This document shows positions 1-9,331 of a stretch of 64,000 nt of DNA, piece after piece. The stretch spans positions 1-64,000 of the forward strand of contig CAZFHY010000001.1 of assembly GCA_964519305.1 (NCBI GenBank), read 5' to 3'. The notes under the pieces were generated by a model. It saw only the letters and a program-made list of their open reading frames with translations. It searched no databases and was not told the origin of the DNA. The position numbers were made by a program, and so were the translations under genes. The number at the start of each line of letters is the position of its first letter. Positions within the stretch are counted from its first letter, which is position 1. This DNA comes from Candidatus Undinarchaeota archaeon (GTDB lineage Archaea > SpSt-1190 > JASMDC01).

Positions 1-167
1 CGAAAAGAATAAATAGATTTAGCGCCTATATTAGTTACTGAGCTAAAATACACCCTAAAATCTATAACGGACTTATTTTCAGTAATAATACTCCAATTTA
101 AGCTTATTCCTTCGCCCACTCCCTCCCTTGGCTCTATTCCTTCTGACAGGTAGTCGGAGTTATCCAC
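1..167 (-). CDS. Possible 5' end of an AT-rich hypothetical gene running off the left edge
   Basis: Open minus frame from GTG at 167 (VDNSDYLSEGIEPREGVGEGISLNWSIITENKSVIDFRVYF...) to the edge; alternative GTG at 119 after GGGAGGGA; TATAT at ~186-190. Confidence 0.35.
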   Translation of the reverse strand, partial: MDNSDYLSEGIEPREGVGEGISLNWSIITENKSVIDFRVYFSSVTNIGAKSIYSF

Positions 168-224
168 AGACGGAGGGAGAACACATATATTCCATGGAGA
201 GGCACATTGTGCCGGTGATGCGCG

Positions 225-1490
225 ATGACCGATGAGAGGGTACTGTTCGTCAATCCCCGGACCGAGGCACCGGGCAAGCGCTTCAACCGGGAACCGCCCA
301 TCGGGCTCCTCTCCATGGGCGCTGTGCTCCTTGAGCGTGGTGTCGAGGTCGAGGTGCTCGACCTGTCGGTATCGCGTGATCCGGAGCAGGACCTTGACCG
401 CGCGCTGGACCGTGGACCATCCCATGTCGGTTTCACTTGCCTGACCAACACCTTCCCGGTCACATGCGACCTGGCGCGTCATGTCAGGGAGAGCAGTGAC
501 ACCTCTGTGGTGTTCGGTGGCCCCCACGCCGCATTCGCTGCCGATGATGTGCTGGGGACGGGGCTTGCCGATGCAGTCGTCCTTGGCGAGGGCGAGAACG
601 CGATCGTCCAGCTCGTGGCGGAAGGTAGGGCGCCCACTGACGTTGACGGAGTGGCGTGTCTAACGAACGGCGTCGTACACAGAAGTGAGCAAAGTAATGC
701 GGTGGACCTCGAATCACTGCCCCTCCCGGCCAGGGACCTCCTGCGCGAACGTTACGATGTCGCCTCGATCATCGTCAACCGAGGGTGTCCCTATCGATGT
801 ATCTACTGCGTCCGACAGCGTCTGTTCGCCACGGTCCGTCTGAGGCCGATAGACCTTGTGGTCGATGAGCTCGATCAGGTCGCAGGGCTCGGCTACCGGT
901 ACGCTAACCTCTATGATAACATCAACATCGACCCACGTTACGCCGTTGGGCTCTGCGATGCCATCGGGGACGCAGCTCCGGCCATACCATGGGGTTGCGA
1001 GCTGAGAGCCGATGCCGTGTCAGCCGCTATGGCACGAGCGCTAGCGAAGGCCGAGTGCGTTGCCGTGGGTGTGGGCGTCGAGTCCGGGAGCGAGGCCGTG
1101 CTCCGCTCGGCAGGCAAGCACCAACGACCGTCAAAGGTCCGGGCAGGCATCCGCCGCCTCAAGGAGCAGGGCATCATCGTCCAGGCCTACTTCGTTGTAG
1201 GACTGCCGGGGGAGACAGAGACCACGTTCGAAAAGACCCTGTCATTCCTGGAAACGCTGGCGCTAGAGCCTGGTGTCGACCGTGTCAACTTCTTCGCAGC
1301 GACGCCCTACCCGGGCTCTACTCTCGAACGCGATGCCGAGCGGCTGGGGGTCACCATCCTCTCACGGGAGTGGGAGAAGTACGACAACGAGCACGTTCTC
1401 ATCGGTACGCGGGACCTCACGCCCGACCAGATCACGCGGATGTTGGCCCGCGGAAAGGAGCTGGAAGCGTACTACCGTGGCGAGGGATGA
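225..1490 (+). CDS. B12-binding domain radical SAM protein
   Basis: N-terminal cobalamin-binding region (PPIGLLSMGA, FGGPHA, GEGE); RGCPYRCIYC CxxxCxxC motif; GVESGS; GLPGET; PYPGS. Confidence 0.9.
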   Translation: MTDERVLFVNPRTEAPGKRFNREPPIGLLSMGAVLLERGVEVEVLDLSVSRDPEQDLDRALDRGPSHVGFTCLTNTFPVTCDLARHVRESSDTSVVFGGPHAAFAADDVLGTGLADAVVLGEGENAIVQLVAEGRAPTDVDGVACLTNGVVHRSEQSNAVDLESLPLPARDLLRERYDVASIIVNRGCPYRCIYCVRQRLFATVRLRPIDLVVDELDQVAGLGYRYANLYDNINIDPRYAVGLCDAIGDAAPAIPWGCELRADAVSAAMARALAKAECVAVGVGVESGSEAVLRSAGKHQRPSKVRAGIRRLKEQGIIVQAYFVVGLPGETETTFEKTLSFLETLALEPGVDRVNFFAATPYPGSTLERDAERLGVTILSREWEKYDNEHVLIGTRDLTPDQITRMLARGKELEAYYRGEG

Positions 1491-1496
1491 GGCGGT

Positions 1497-2612
1497 TCAG
1501 CCCACTGTGAAATCCGAGGTCTCCGAGATACGCTGGCCGTCGTACACGACGACTATCTTCATCTGGTAGTCCCCCGCGTCCACCGGTGATTTCAACGAGA
1601 GCTTGTACACGCCCCAGTTGTCGGTGCCCACGCAATTGCACATGAGGCACTGCGGGTCCACCTCGCACATGGTTTCACCTTTCTGGCACACTTCCTCGTC
1701 CAGCTCCGGCTTGACACAGATGATTGACGCACCCACGGAGGCCTGCTTTGCAGGGGAGCCATCGGGCTTTGAGACCGAGCCCTCCATCACGATAGGCTCG
1801 TCCGGATAGAAATACGATGACACGATCAGGGGGGTCATGGTGATCGCGTCCGAGGAAGGTACGATGAGAACTTGCCCGAGGACGGCCAGCAGGACACCGG
1901 CCACGACACCGTATGGGACTGCCTTACCCAGGTCGCGGCGGAGCACATAGCCGACCTGTATACCGAGGAGGGTCACACTGGTGATGCTCACGAGGAGGAA
2001 GTCCTTGGCGAACGAGCCCATGAGGGGCTTGAGCGGGCCGGAAGTGATGGCCTTGGCGATCCCCGATGTGTTCTGCATCAATAGGAACTCATCGACGATG
2101 CCGACAACGCCACGGTACACCCACAGGTGGCCGAGGAACATGAACCCCAGCAATATTGCATGGCTCCCGGTCACCTTGTGTATGAGCTGGAGTATGAACA
2201 GGGTAAGGAACGCGTTGAACAGACCTCCGGCGATGACGCCGACGCCCTCGATGCCGAAAGCGCCGGTGACGGCGATGAGGATGATCACGCCCGCCCCGGC
2301 GAGATGGTACTTGTACTGGTCGTAGGTGTCAGGGTCATCTAGGAACGCCTTTAGGAGCGAGTAGATGAGCACGTGCATCACGATGATCCCCGCGATCCCT
2401 CCCTTGAGGTACAGGGAATAGTCAGCACCGAACACGCCGACGAGAACAGCGAACACGGGAACGTACACGGTAGGGATGACGCTGACTATGTACAGCGCGT
2501 AGATCGTCGTCAGGTCGGAGAAAGCATCCACCGGCCCCTTTTCTACTACAGCATCGTCATCGACCACGACCGGTATATCATCGTCGATGGATCCCCCCTC
2601 TCCCCCTTCCAT
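1497..2612 (-). CDS. Multi-pass membrane protein with C-terminal beta-sandwich domain carrying a Cys-rich insert
   Basis: About 8 hydrophobic segments, then EGSVSKPDGSP...TDNWGVY...AGDYQMKIVVVYDG with 6 Cys inserted. Start moved to the ATG at 2612. Confidence 0.7.
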   Translation of the reverse strand: MEGGEGGSIDDDIPVVVDDDAVVEKGPVDAFSDLTTIYALYIVSVIPTVYVPVFAVLVGVFGADYSLYLKGGIAGIIVMHVLIYSLLKAFLDDPDTYDQYKYHLAGAGVIILIAVTGAFGIEGVGVIAGGLFNAFLTLFILQLIHKVTGSHAILLGFMFLGHLWVYRGVVGIVDEFLLMQNTSGIAKAITSGPLKPLMGSFAKDFLLVSITSVTLLGIQVGYVLRRDLGKAVPYGVVAGVLLAVLGQVLIVPSSDAITMTPLIVSSYFYPDEPIVMEGSVSKPDGSPAKQASVGASIICVKPELDEEVCQKGETMCEVDPQCLMCNCVGTDNWGVYKLSLKSPVDAGDYQMKIVVVYDGQRISETSDFTVG

Positions 2613-2749
2613 GAGGGCTATATGTGGGCTATCTTTTATCTTATTGTTGGCACTTGGGCACGGCGGACGCCGACGAAAGATTGATATAATTCCGCACGAC
2701 CGGATGTGCACGGATGTCCTTTCGTTCTGGAGGACCCCCTGGGGAAAAC

Positions 2750-4564
2750 ATGGTAACGGCTGAAGGTTACAGACGAGCGCAGATGTCCCTGTACGCGCTC
2801 ATCGCCGTGGCCGTCGTCCTCATGATCCTCATGGGCGCGTTCACCCGCTGGCGGTCCACCGAAGCGACCGAGGAAGTGCGCGAGGTCCGTGCTCGCCATA
2901 CGAAACGGCTCATGGAGAAGGCCCAGGACCTTCTCGGGACCTCTCTGGAGAGCGCTGTCCACCGCGCGACCGACGAGATGGCTACTCACGGCGGATACCT
3001 TGCATCGAACGTTCCTAAGGAGTCGGTCCGTTCCGTCCCCTATTGGTTCCTCCGAGGAAAGGTCGTGAGCATCCCATCGGTCGAGACCATGGAGGATATG
3101 CTCTCCCACCACATCGCCGAGCTCATCTCCAAGGACCTCGAAGAATCCCGCGAGGAAGCTCTGCGAATGGGATTCCCTGAGGTGAGCGTCCGTCTATACG
3201 ACACGGGATTGCTCGTAAAGGCCTCGGTCGACGCCAAGGGGGGAGAGGACGGCGAACTAAGTAAGCTCACGAGCGAGCAGGAGGTCCCGCTTCGGCTCAA
3301 ACCGCTCAGGGACCTTGCCGAACGCTACGTGCGTAACTACACCGTCGAACGCACCATCGAGGCGTCACTGCTGAACGCGCTCATACAGGACCCGCGCATA
3401 CCTGCACCGCCCGGTATGGTCTCTAAGAACCTGGGTTGCTCCGAGCGGGAAGCGCTGGCCTACAAACGCGATATGATCGCGCCCATGCGCGAGAACGCCC
3501 GGATGGCCGTGGCCCTGGAACTGCGGCGGTTGTCAGAGAGCGAGCTGGTCACAAGGGACACGGACTGGTCGATCGAGGCTGACGAACGTGGCCTTGAGTT
3601 CTCTCTCCTGGCCAACGAGGGTGTGCAGGCCGAGGGCCAGGACTGGGAGAGCACCAATGTCGTATACTTCGTCCCGGCCCGTATGCCCCACTCCGCTCTT
3701 GCCGAGGAGGGGATGTGCTCTTCCTACTACACTGTCGCGTACACTGCCCGGTTCCCGGTCGAGGTCACCATCACCGACCTGTCCAAGCCCGGGAGGCTGA
3801 AGGGCGTGGACGGCACGGCCGCCACCCGACCACTTACGTTCAAGATACTGCTCGGGATACTGGTGGAGCACAACGAGCCCGATGCTGTCGACCTCAATAT
3901 CACGCTCGACGAGAACGTCACCGACCTCTGCACGGGTGCATGCTCGCTCAGGGTCATCGTGGAGAACTCCAAAGCAGGCAGGATCTCTCTGGACTCGTGC
4001 TCGTACGAGTACAGGGGCGAGGTCTTCAATGCTCCAAAGGTCCCGTGCGGAGTCCATTCCCTGGTCGTGGAGTCAGGGGAACCAATCGGTCTTGCACGAT
4101 ATTCCAAGCAGGTGAACATCATCGCCAATCACACCGAGCAGATCGCGTTCACGGAACGGAGCACGGTGCTCGGTAAGGCGGTCGTGCGCGAACGGGTCTA
4201 CTGCACCACCTCAGGTACCGTAAGAGAGCTTGGTGACCGTCCCGCCGGGTTCGTCGACGGTGAGCCGCCCATGTATATCAAGGTGGTCATCCGCTCACTG
4301 GAGGGTGATGGCCTTGAGACGCGGTCCACTATCGCTGACGAGGACGGGCGGTTCCTCATCTCCGGCCTCGATCCGGGGAAGTACCTCATTCTCGCCCGTA
4401 GCTCTCTAGACCTCACCAACATCCCCTCCTATAAGGTCCAGCCCACCGCTTTCATCCAGGACGTTCTGCCAGGTCGGAACGAGCTCGAGATCGTGCTCGA
4501 ACCGCTCCTCATGGAACTCGTCGATGACACATACGTGGCCGTCAGCTCGCGCAAGGAATGCTGA
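2750..4564 (+). CDS. Large pilin-like protein 1 (class III signal peptide; C-terminal CnaB/carboxypeptidase-regulatory-like domain)
   Basis: RRA|QMSLYALIAVAVVLMILMG; shared core EMATHGGY...VPYWF.RGK...IPS; DEDGRFLISGLDPGKY. Paralog of 7528 and 36982. Confidence 0.7.
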   Translation: MVTAEGYRRAQMSLYALIAVAVVLMILMGAFTRWRSTEATEEVREVRARHTKRLMEKAQDLLGTSLESAVHRATDEMATHGGYLASNVPKESVRSVPYWFLRGKVVSIPSVETMEDMLSHHIAELISKDLEESREEALRMGFPEVSVRLYDTGLLVKASVDAKGGEDGELSKLTSEQEVPLRLKPLRDLAERYVRNYTVERTIEASLLNALIQDPRIPAPPGMVSKNLGCSEREALAYKRDMIAPMRENARMAVALELRRLSESELVTRDTDWSIEADERGLEFSLLANEGVQAEGQDWESTNVVYFVPARMPHSALAEEGMCSSYYTVAYTARFPVEVTITDLSKPGRLKGVDGTAATRPLTFKILLGILVEHNEPDAVDLNITLDENVTDLCTGACSLRVIVENSKAGRISLDSCSYEYRGEVFNAPKVPCGVHSLVVESGEPIGLARYSKQVNIIANHTEQIAFTERSTVLGKAVVRERVYCTTSGTVRELGDRPAGFVDGEPPMYIKVVIRSLEGDGLETRSTIADEDGRFLISGLDPGKYLILARSSLDLTNIPSYKVQPTAFIQDVLPGRNELEIVLEPLLMELVDDTYVAVSSRKEC

Positions 4565-4798
4565 CCGTTCGGAGGACGTCTGTCCGGCAACACAGCGAAC
4601 AGAGGATAATACTTCAGAATCTAGACCGAATAAGGATGTTTAGGCCGCAGGAAAGCGTGAGGAACAACAAGCAACCATCGGCACAAGGTGGACACCACTT
4701 CCAACGATTCGATGAAAAAGACGCAACAACGCCCCAACAACTCATATATATAGTTGCAGCCTACAAGTACGAGTGAGCTAAGGCTCTGGAGTGGTCCC

Positions 4799-7528
4799 AT
4801 GATGGGGAAGGCACGTTTGTTCACGGTTCTGATTGCAGTTTGTATTGCGCTCCTGCCCGTAGCGGTAGGAGTAGCGGATGCAGGTATCGAGGAGGTGGCC
4901 GATGTCTCTACATTGGCACTGATCCGGGGAAAGGTGACGTTCCATATGCCCTTGGGCACCGCCCCGCCACAGGACACCCTCGACGCAGTATGTCGTCGGC
5001 TCACTGACGCTGTATCCTGCATCCCGAGCGTTGTGGACTCGCCCGCGGGCTCGGATGTGAGCTTCAACGTCGATCTCCCTCACGATATCTCAATCATCTC
5101 CGCCGAGGGAGATGGACCGGATCGTCTCGTGCTCCTCTCCAAGCTCCGTCCGGTCCAGTTCGCCCTCGGTGCCGGGTTCGGTGACATGACCCGGGCACTG
5201 AGCATACGATACCCGACCCATACAACTGTCGTTGAGGAGGTCAGGGACACCGAGATCACTGCGACCATCCCACTGGACATTTCCGCTGCGCGGGACCTTC
5301 CACTAGCGGATCCCGGCCCCGTGTCCGTGGGCGAGGTGTTCAGCGTTCCTGCTCCCGGGGGCGACATGTGCATCTTCGCTATCATCGATGGATCGAGCGT
5401 CGCCGAGTCGCGTCTCGCGCCCGGCTGTCGCGATGCCGTGCTCTCCACCGCAGGGCTCAATGCGGGGAGCTCTTACAGGCTTCTCGTCGTGTCCGTGGAC
5501 GTCGGGGGCATCCGTGCTGCTACCAAGGACCTGTTCCTCGAGAGCGTGGACAATCCGTTGTCCATGGCGCTCGACAGGGATGCTGTGGTCATGGGCGATC
5601 CCTTCACCATCGAGCTCGGCCTCACTGCGGAGTCTTGCACGGTCACACTAACGGATCCGTCAGGGGTCGTGGCCGACCGACTGGAGCTCACAGATTGCGA
5701 CCGTGTCCCCGTGGGGACGTCCTCAGGCCTTGCTCCGGGTAGGTATATCGTCAGGGTAGAGGCCAAGACCGGCAATAAGATCAGCACTGCAGCGCGCACC
5801 ATCGAGGTCCGCTCAGGCGGTATGGACGCCACGTCCATGAAGGTCGAGAAGCGCTCATACCTTCCGGGCGAGACAGCGAGCATCCACGTGGACACCCCCG
5901 GCGATTACTGTTACACGGGCGTGTACAACATGGACAACATCAAGGTCGGTGAGGACGCTTCATTCGGATGTGGTTCGTACGAGATGAAGCTCGACGAGGC
6001 ACTCCCGGCCGGGAAGTACCTCATCAAGACAGAGGTGTTCGACAGGGGCACCCTCAAGGCCGTTGCCTCCACACCTATCGAGGTCGAGGCATGGGAACCG
6101 CGTATGCGTACCACCCAGGCCGAGCTGTGCACTCACGGGTTCATCGCCGTGGACGACCACCGGATCCAATGCATTTCAGAGAGCGACTCGTGCATCCCAT
6201 CATCCATCTCGGCACCGTTCTGCGTTTGCTTTGTCGAAGGCGATGCCCGGTCCGTGTGCGAGTACGGTGATTCCTGCACGCCTCAGGGGTGCAAACCGCC
6301 AGCAGTCGCGAGCCCGTTCATCATCGTCCACGAGCTTAGCGGCCGATGTCTTGCGAGACGTGGTGCCGATACGCTGACCTGCCTCGAGATCGGTGAGATC
6401 TGCGGCGACGAGTGCGTGTGCCTCTCAGGTGACGGCTCGCCCATATCTGCCTGCACGGACGGTCAGGCGTGCCAACCCGAGGGCTGTCGGACCGCCAACC
6501 TGGAGTTCAAGGTCGAGTCACGCTCCGCAGACCACGTCCGTTCCGATATCCTCAGAGGAGGCCTCACCGTGACCTGGGAGGGTACGGTCGACTTCGAGGG
6601 GCGCCGCCTCGTGACCGGTCCGCTCTCCGGTAAGGCGTTCATCGGGCAGCTTGAGGCCGAGGCGTTCGATGCCTCGTTCGACGGAGAGAAGTGGGCCGTA
6701 AAGGCCGTGTTCAAGGGTGAACTCGGACCGGGAGTGTACGAGCTCTACCTCATGACCGAGCACGGCGGATACACCCACGTCATCCGCAGAGCCTTCGAGG
6801 TCTGGTACTCGGTGGATGCGGGCGATCTCGAGGTCTCGATCGAGCGCGTCACACCGCGCCAGCTCTCCAGAAAGGAGATGGAGACGGGCGCGACCGTCGA
6901 GCTGGGAGCGCGTATCCGCGACGCTCGGGGGACCGATCTCGTATATCTACCCCAGGACGCTTTCTCGCTCAAGGCCGGTGGTCTGACCGCCGACTCCGTG
7001 GGTGTCGAGTACAGCCCTGTCTCCGGTATCTGGACCATCGTTGGCGACCTGTACGGACGCTCTACGGGTGAGGACTCTGTATCCTTGACCGTGGAATACC
7101 TGGGACGCCGGGGCTCGATGAAGAGTCCCATCGCAGTGATGGAACGGGTCCCTCTCTCGATCAGGATCCTAAAAGTGGACCCGGGCACCCGGGACAAGCC
7201 GCTCTTCTACATGCTCACCACACTCGGTTTCGACCTGGACGTGTTCCTCCACATCCGGGGTGCCGACCGCGTGGACAAGGAGAGCTTTGACATCCGTATG
7301 GGCGGCCACCGTGTCAAGCCCGAGGATATATCATACATCGTCAGTTCGCTGGAGGGAACGCGTGTGCACATCACGCGCGTGCGCCTCTGCCCGCCGGAGA
7401 AACCAAACACGCTCGTCCCGCTGGTGGTGGGCGTGACGGTCGGTGGTGAAGGGGCCCAGGACACTACCACCGTCCTTATCAAGCGTAATCCGGGCAACTG
7501 GGACAACGTCGCGGAGGCGAGGTGCTGA
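4799..7528 (+). CDS. Exported ~910-aa protein with Ig/MG2-like repeats and a central Cys-rich region
   Basis: Sec-type signal; repeated DRDAV.MGD / EKRSY.PGE...PGRY beta-sandwich units; two C-x-GE-x-C modules. Full-length paralog of 34169. Confidence 0.8.
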   Translation: MMGKARLFTVLIAVCIALLPVAVGVADAGIEEVADVSTLALIRGKVTFHMPLGTAPPQDTLDAVCRRLTDAVSCIPSVVDSPAGSDVSFNVDLPHDISIISAEGDGPDRLVLLSKLRPVQFALGAGFGDMTRALSIRYPTHTTVVEEVRDTEITATIPLDISAARDLPLADPGPVSVGEVFSVPAPGGDMCIFAIIDGSSVAESRLAPGCRDAVLSTAGLNAGSSYRLLVVSVDVGGIRAATKDLFLESVDNPLSMALDRDAVVMGDPFTIELGLTAESCTVTLTDPSGVVADRLELTDCDRVPVGTSSGLAPGRYIVRVEAKTGNKISTAARTIEVRSGGMDATSMKVEKRSYLPGETASIHVDTPGDYCYTGVYNMDNIKVGEDASFGCGSYEMKLDEALPAGKYLIKTEVFDRGTLKAVASTPIEVEAWEPRMRTTQAELCTHGFIAVDDHRIQCISESDSCIPSSISAPFCVCFVEGDARSVCEYGDSCTPQGCKPPAVASPFIIVHELSGRCLARRGADTLTCLEIGEICGDECVCLSGDGSPISACTDGQACQPEGCRTANLEFKVESRSADHVRSDILRGGLTVTWEGTVDFEGRRLVTGPLSGKAFIGQLEAEAFDASFDGEKWAVKAVFKGELGPGVYELYLMTEHGGYTHVIRRAFEVWYSVDAGDLEVSIERVTPRQLSRKEMETGATVELGARIRDARGTDLVYLPQDAFSLKAGGLTADSVGVEYSPVSGIWTIVGDLYGRSTGEDSVSLTVEYLGRRGSMKSPIAVMERVPLSIRILKVDPGTRDKPLFYMLTTLGFDLDVFLHIRGADRVDKESFDIRMGGHRVKPEDISYIVSSLEGTRVHITRVRLCPPEKPNTLVPLVVGVTVGGEGAQDTTTVLIKRNPGNWDNVAEARC

Positions 7529-9330
7529 TGTTGAACCGACAGCGAGCCCAGTTGTCGATGATGGCGCTCATGGCCATCTCTCTGGCGATCATCGTTATCG
7601 TCGGGGGATATCTCTATCAGGGCCGGACCGAGCGCGAGATAAGGGTAGGCCGCATCGCTTCCGAGTCGACCCGCGAGCTCCTCATCAAGCTCGAGCAGCA
7701 GGTGGACTCTTTCCTCACCGACGCCATGTACGAGACTGCGTACGAGATGGCCACCCATGGAGGTTTCATCTCCGAGAACGTGCCCGATCCGAACCATTAC
7801 GGAGTGCCGTACCTTTTCTATCGTGGGAAGATCGTCAACGTCCCGTCGGCGGAGGTCATGGAACAGATGTACGCCGATGAGGTCAAGCGTCGCATGGAGA
7901 CAAAGATCGCCGAGGTCCGACGTGAACTGGAGGGGCGTGTCATGCTCGCTGTCCCCGAGGTGCAGATCACGATCATCGATGATGCCATCATGGCCAAGAT
8001 GGAGCTGCCCGTCGAGGTACAGGGCGAGTCCCAGGCACGCTCGCGCATCCCCGTCTCTACGACGGTCCCCCTGCGCATCAAGCGCCTGCGGGACCTGGCC
8101 GAACGGTACGTCCACGACTATGCCACCGTAAGACGCATGGAGACCAGCATCCTCCACGGCATCACCAATGACGACCGCATCTCAAATCCACCCGGCGGTG
8201 TCACCCGGACGATCCCCTGTGAGGGGAAGACCATCTTCCGTACCAAGAAGGAACTGGTCACGCCCTTCAGGGAGAACACACAGCTATCGGTGTCCTTGGA
8301 GCTCAAGCGGGTGCGCGAGAACAAGGACCTGACCGCCGACCATCTCGAATGGGACGTGGACCTCAATCCCCGCGAGATCGAGTTCAGCTTCCTCGCGAAC
8401 GAGGATGAGGGGGAATTCAAGAGCACGGACGTGATCTACTTCGTCCCCATCCCCTTCGCTATGTTCGACCTGCGCGATGGGCTGTGCTTCTCAAAGTACT
8501 TCGTCCACTACGACGTCAACTTCCCTGTGCGTTACACCATCCGGGACATCATGCCCACGGCCCAGGTCATCGGGAGCGAGACCAAGCTAGAGGTCCGCCC
8601 CCTGGAGTTCCAGTTCTACATGATGCCGCTGCTCGAGGGCGAGGACGCGTTCGCTGTCGATCCGGCGGTCAAGGCACCCCAGACTATGGACGACATGTGC
8701 CAGGGCTCCTGCTCCGTCGACCTCACCATCACCAACTCCGACGCGGGCACCGTGTGGCTCGACTCGTGCAAGTACCGCTACTCCGGTGGCCGCCTCTCCC
8801 GGGAGGGGGTCGTGTGCAAGCTGCATACCATGGTCGTGGAGCCCGATGCCCAGTTCAGCCTTGCCAAGCACGTGGCACAGGTGAACATCGTCGGTGCATA
8901 CCGCGAGATGATCACGCTCAAACCCTTCGCCACCGTTTCCGGTTCCATCGGCGAGAACCGCCGTGTGTACTGCACTCAGATGAAGTCGATACGCGAGCTG
9001 GGTGCAGAGCCACTTGGTTCGATGGAGGGAGGTGCCGGCGGGTATGTCGAGGTTATCTTCCAACCCCTCTCCCCGCGCATCGAGCGAAGACGTGCCGTGG
9101 CGGACGAGAAAGGTAATTACCTGCTCTCCTTCATCGTCCCTGGCCGCTATCTCGTCATGGCCTTCCCATCGCGCGACGATTCGGGGATGCCTTATGGTAC
9201 GGTGGAATCGAAGGGTATGATCTATGAAGTAAAGGAGGGTAAGAACACACTCGACATCACGCTGGAGCCGTTGGGCGTCCAGAAGATAGGGAACGACTAC
9301 GTGCGAGTATCGGCAACGGAGGATTGTTAA
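7528..9330 (+). CDS. Large pilin-like protein 2
   Basis: RQRA|QLSMMALMAISLAIIVIVGG; TGATG overlap with the upstream stop; same core as 2750; ends TEDC. Confidence 0.75.
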   Translation: MLNRQRAQLSMMALMAISLAIIVIVGGYLYQGRTEREIRVGRIASESTRELLIKLEQQVDSFLTDAMYETAYEMATHGGFISENVPDPNHYGVPYLFYRGKIVNVPSAEVMEQMYADEVKRRMETKIAEVRRELEGRVMLAVPEVQITIIDDAIMAKMELPVEVQGESQARSRIPVSTTVPLRIKRLRDLAERYVHDYATVRRMETSILHGITNDDRISNPPGGVTRTIPCEGKTIFRTKKELVTPFRENTQLSVSLELKRVRENKDLTADHLEWDVDLNPREIEFSFLANEDEGEFKSTDVIYFVPIPFAMFDLRDGLCFSKYFVHYDVNFPVRYTIRDIMPTAQVIGSETKLEVRPLEFQFYMMPLLEGEDAFAVDPAVKAPQTMDDMCQGSCSVDLTITNSDAGTVWLDSCKYRYSGGRLSREGVVCKLHTMVVEPDAQFSLAKHVAQVNIVGAYREMITLKPFATVSGSIGENRRVYCTQMKSIRELGAEPLGSMEGGAGGYVEVIFQPLSPRIERRRAVADEKGNYLLSFIVPGRYLVMAFPSRDDSGMPYGTVESKGMIYEVKEGKNTLDITLEPLGVQKIGNDYVRVSATEDC

Positions 9331-9331
9331 C

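Noticed and set aside
4565-4798. Small ORFs or sRNA in the gap before 4799
   Set aside because: Only a TATATATA box is evident; the short ORFs lack an RBS, homology or convincing structure.
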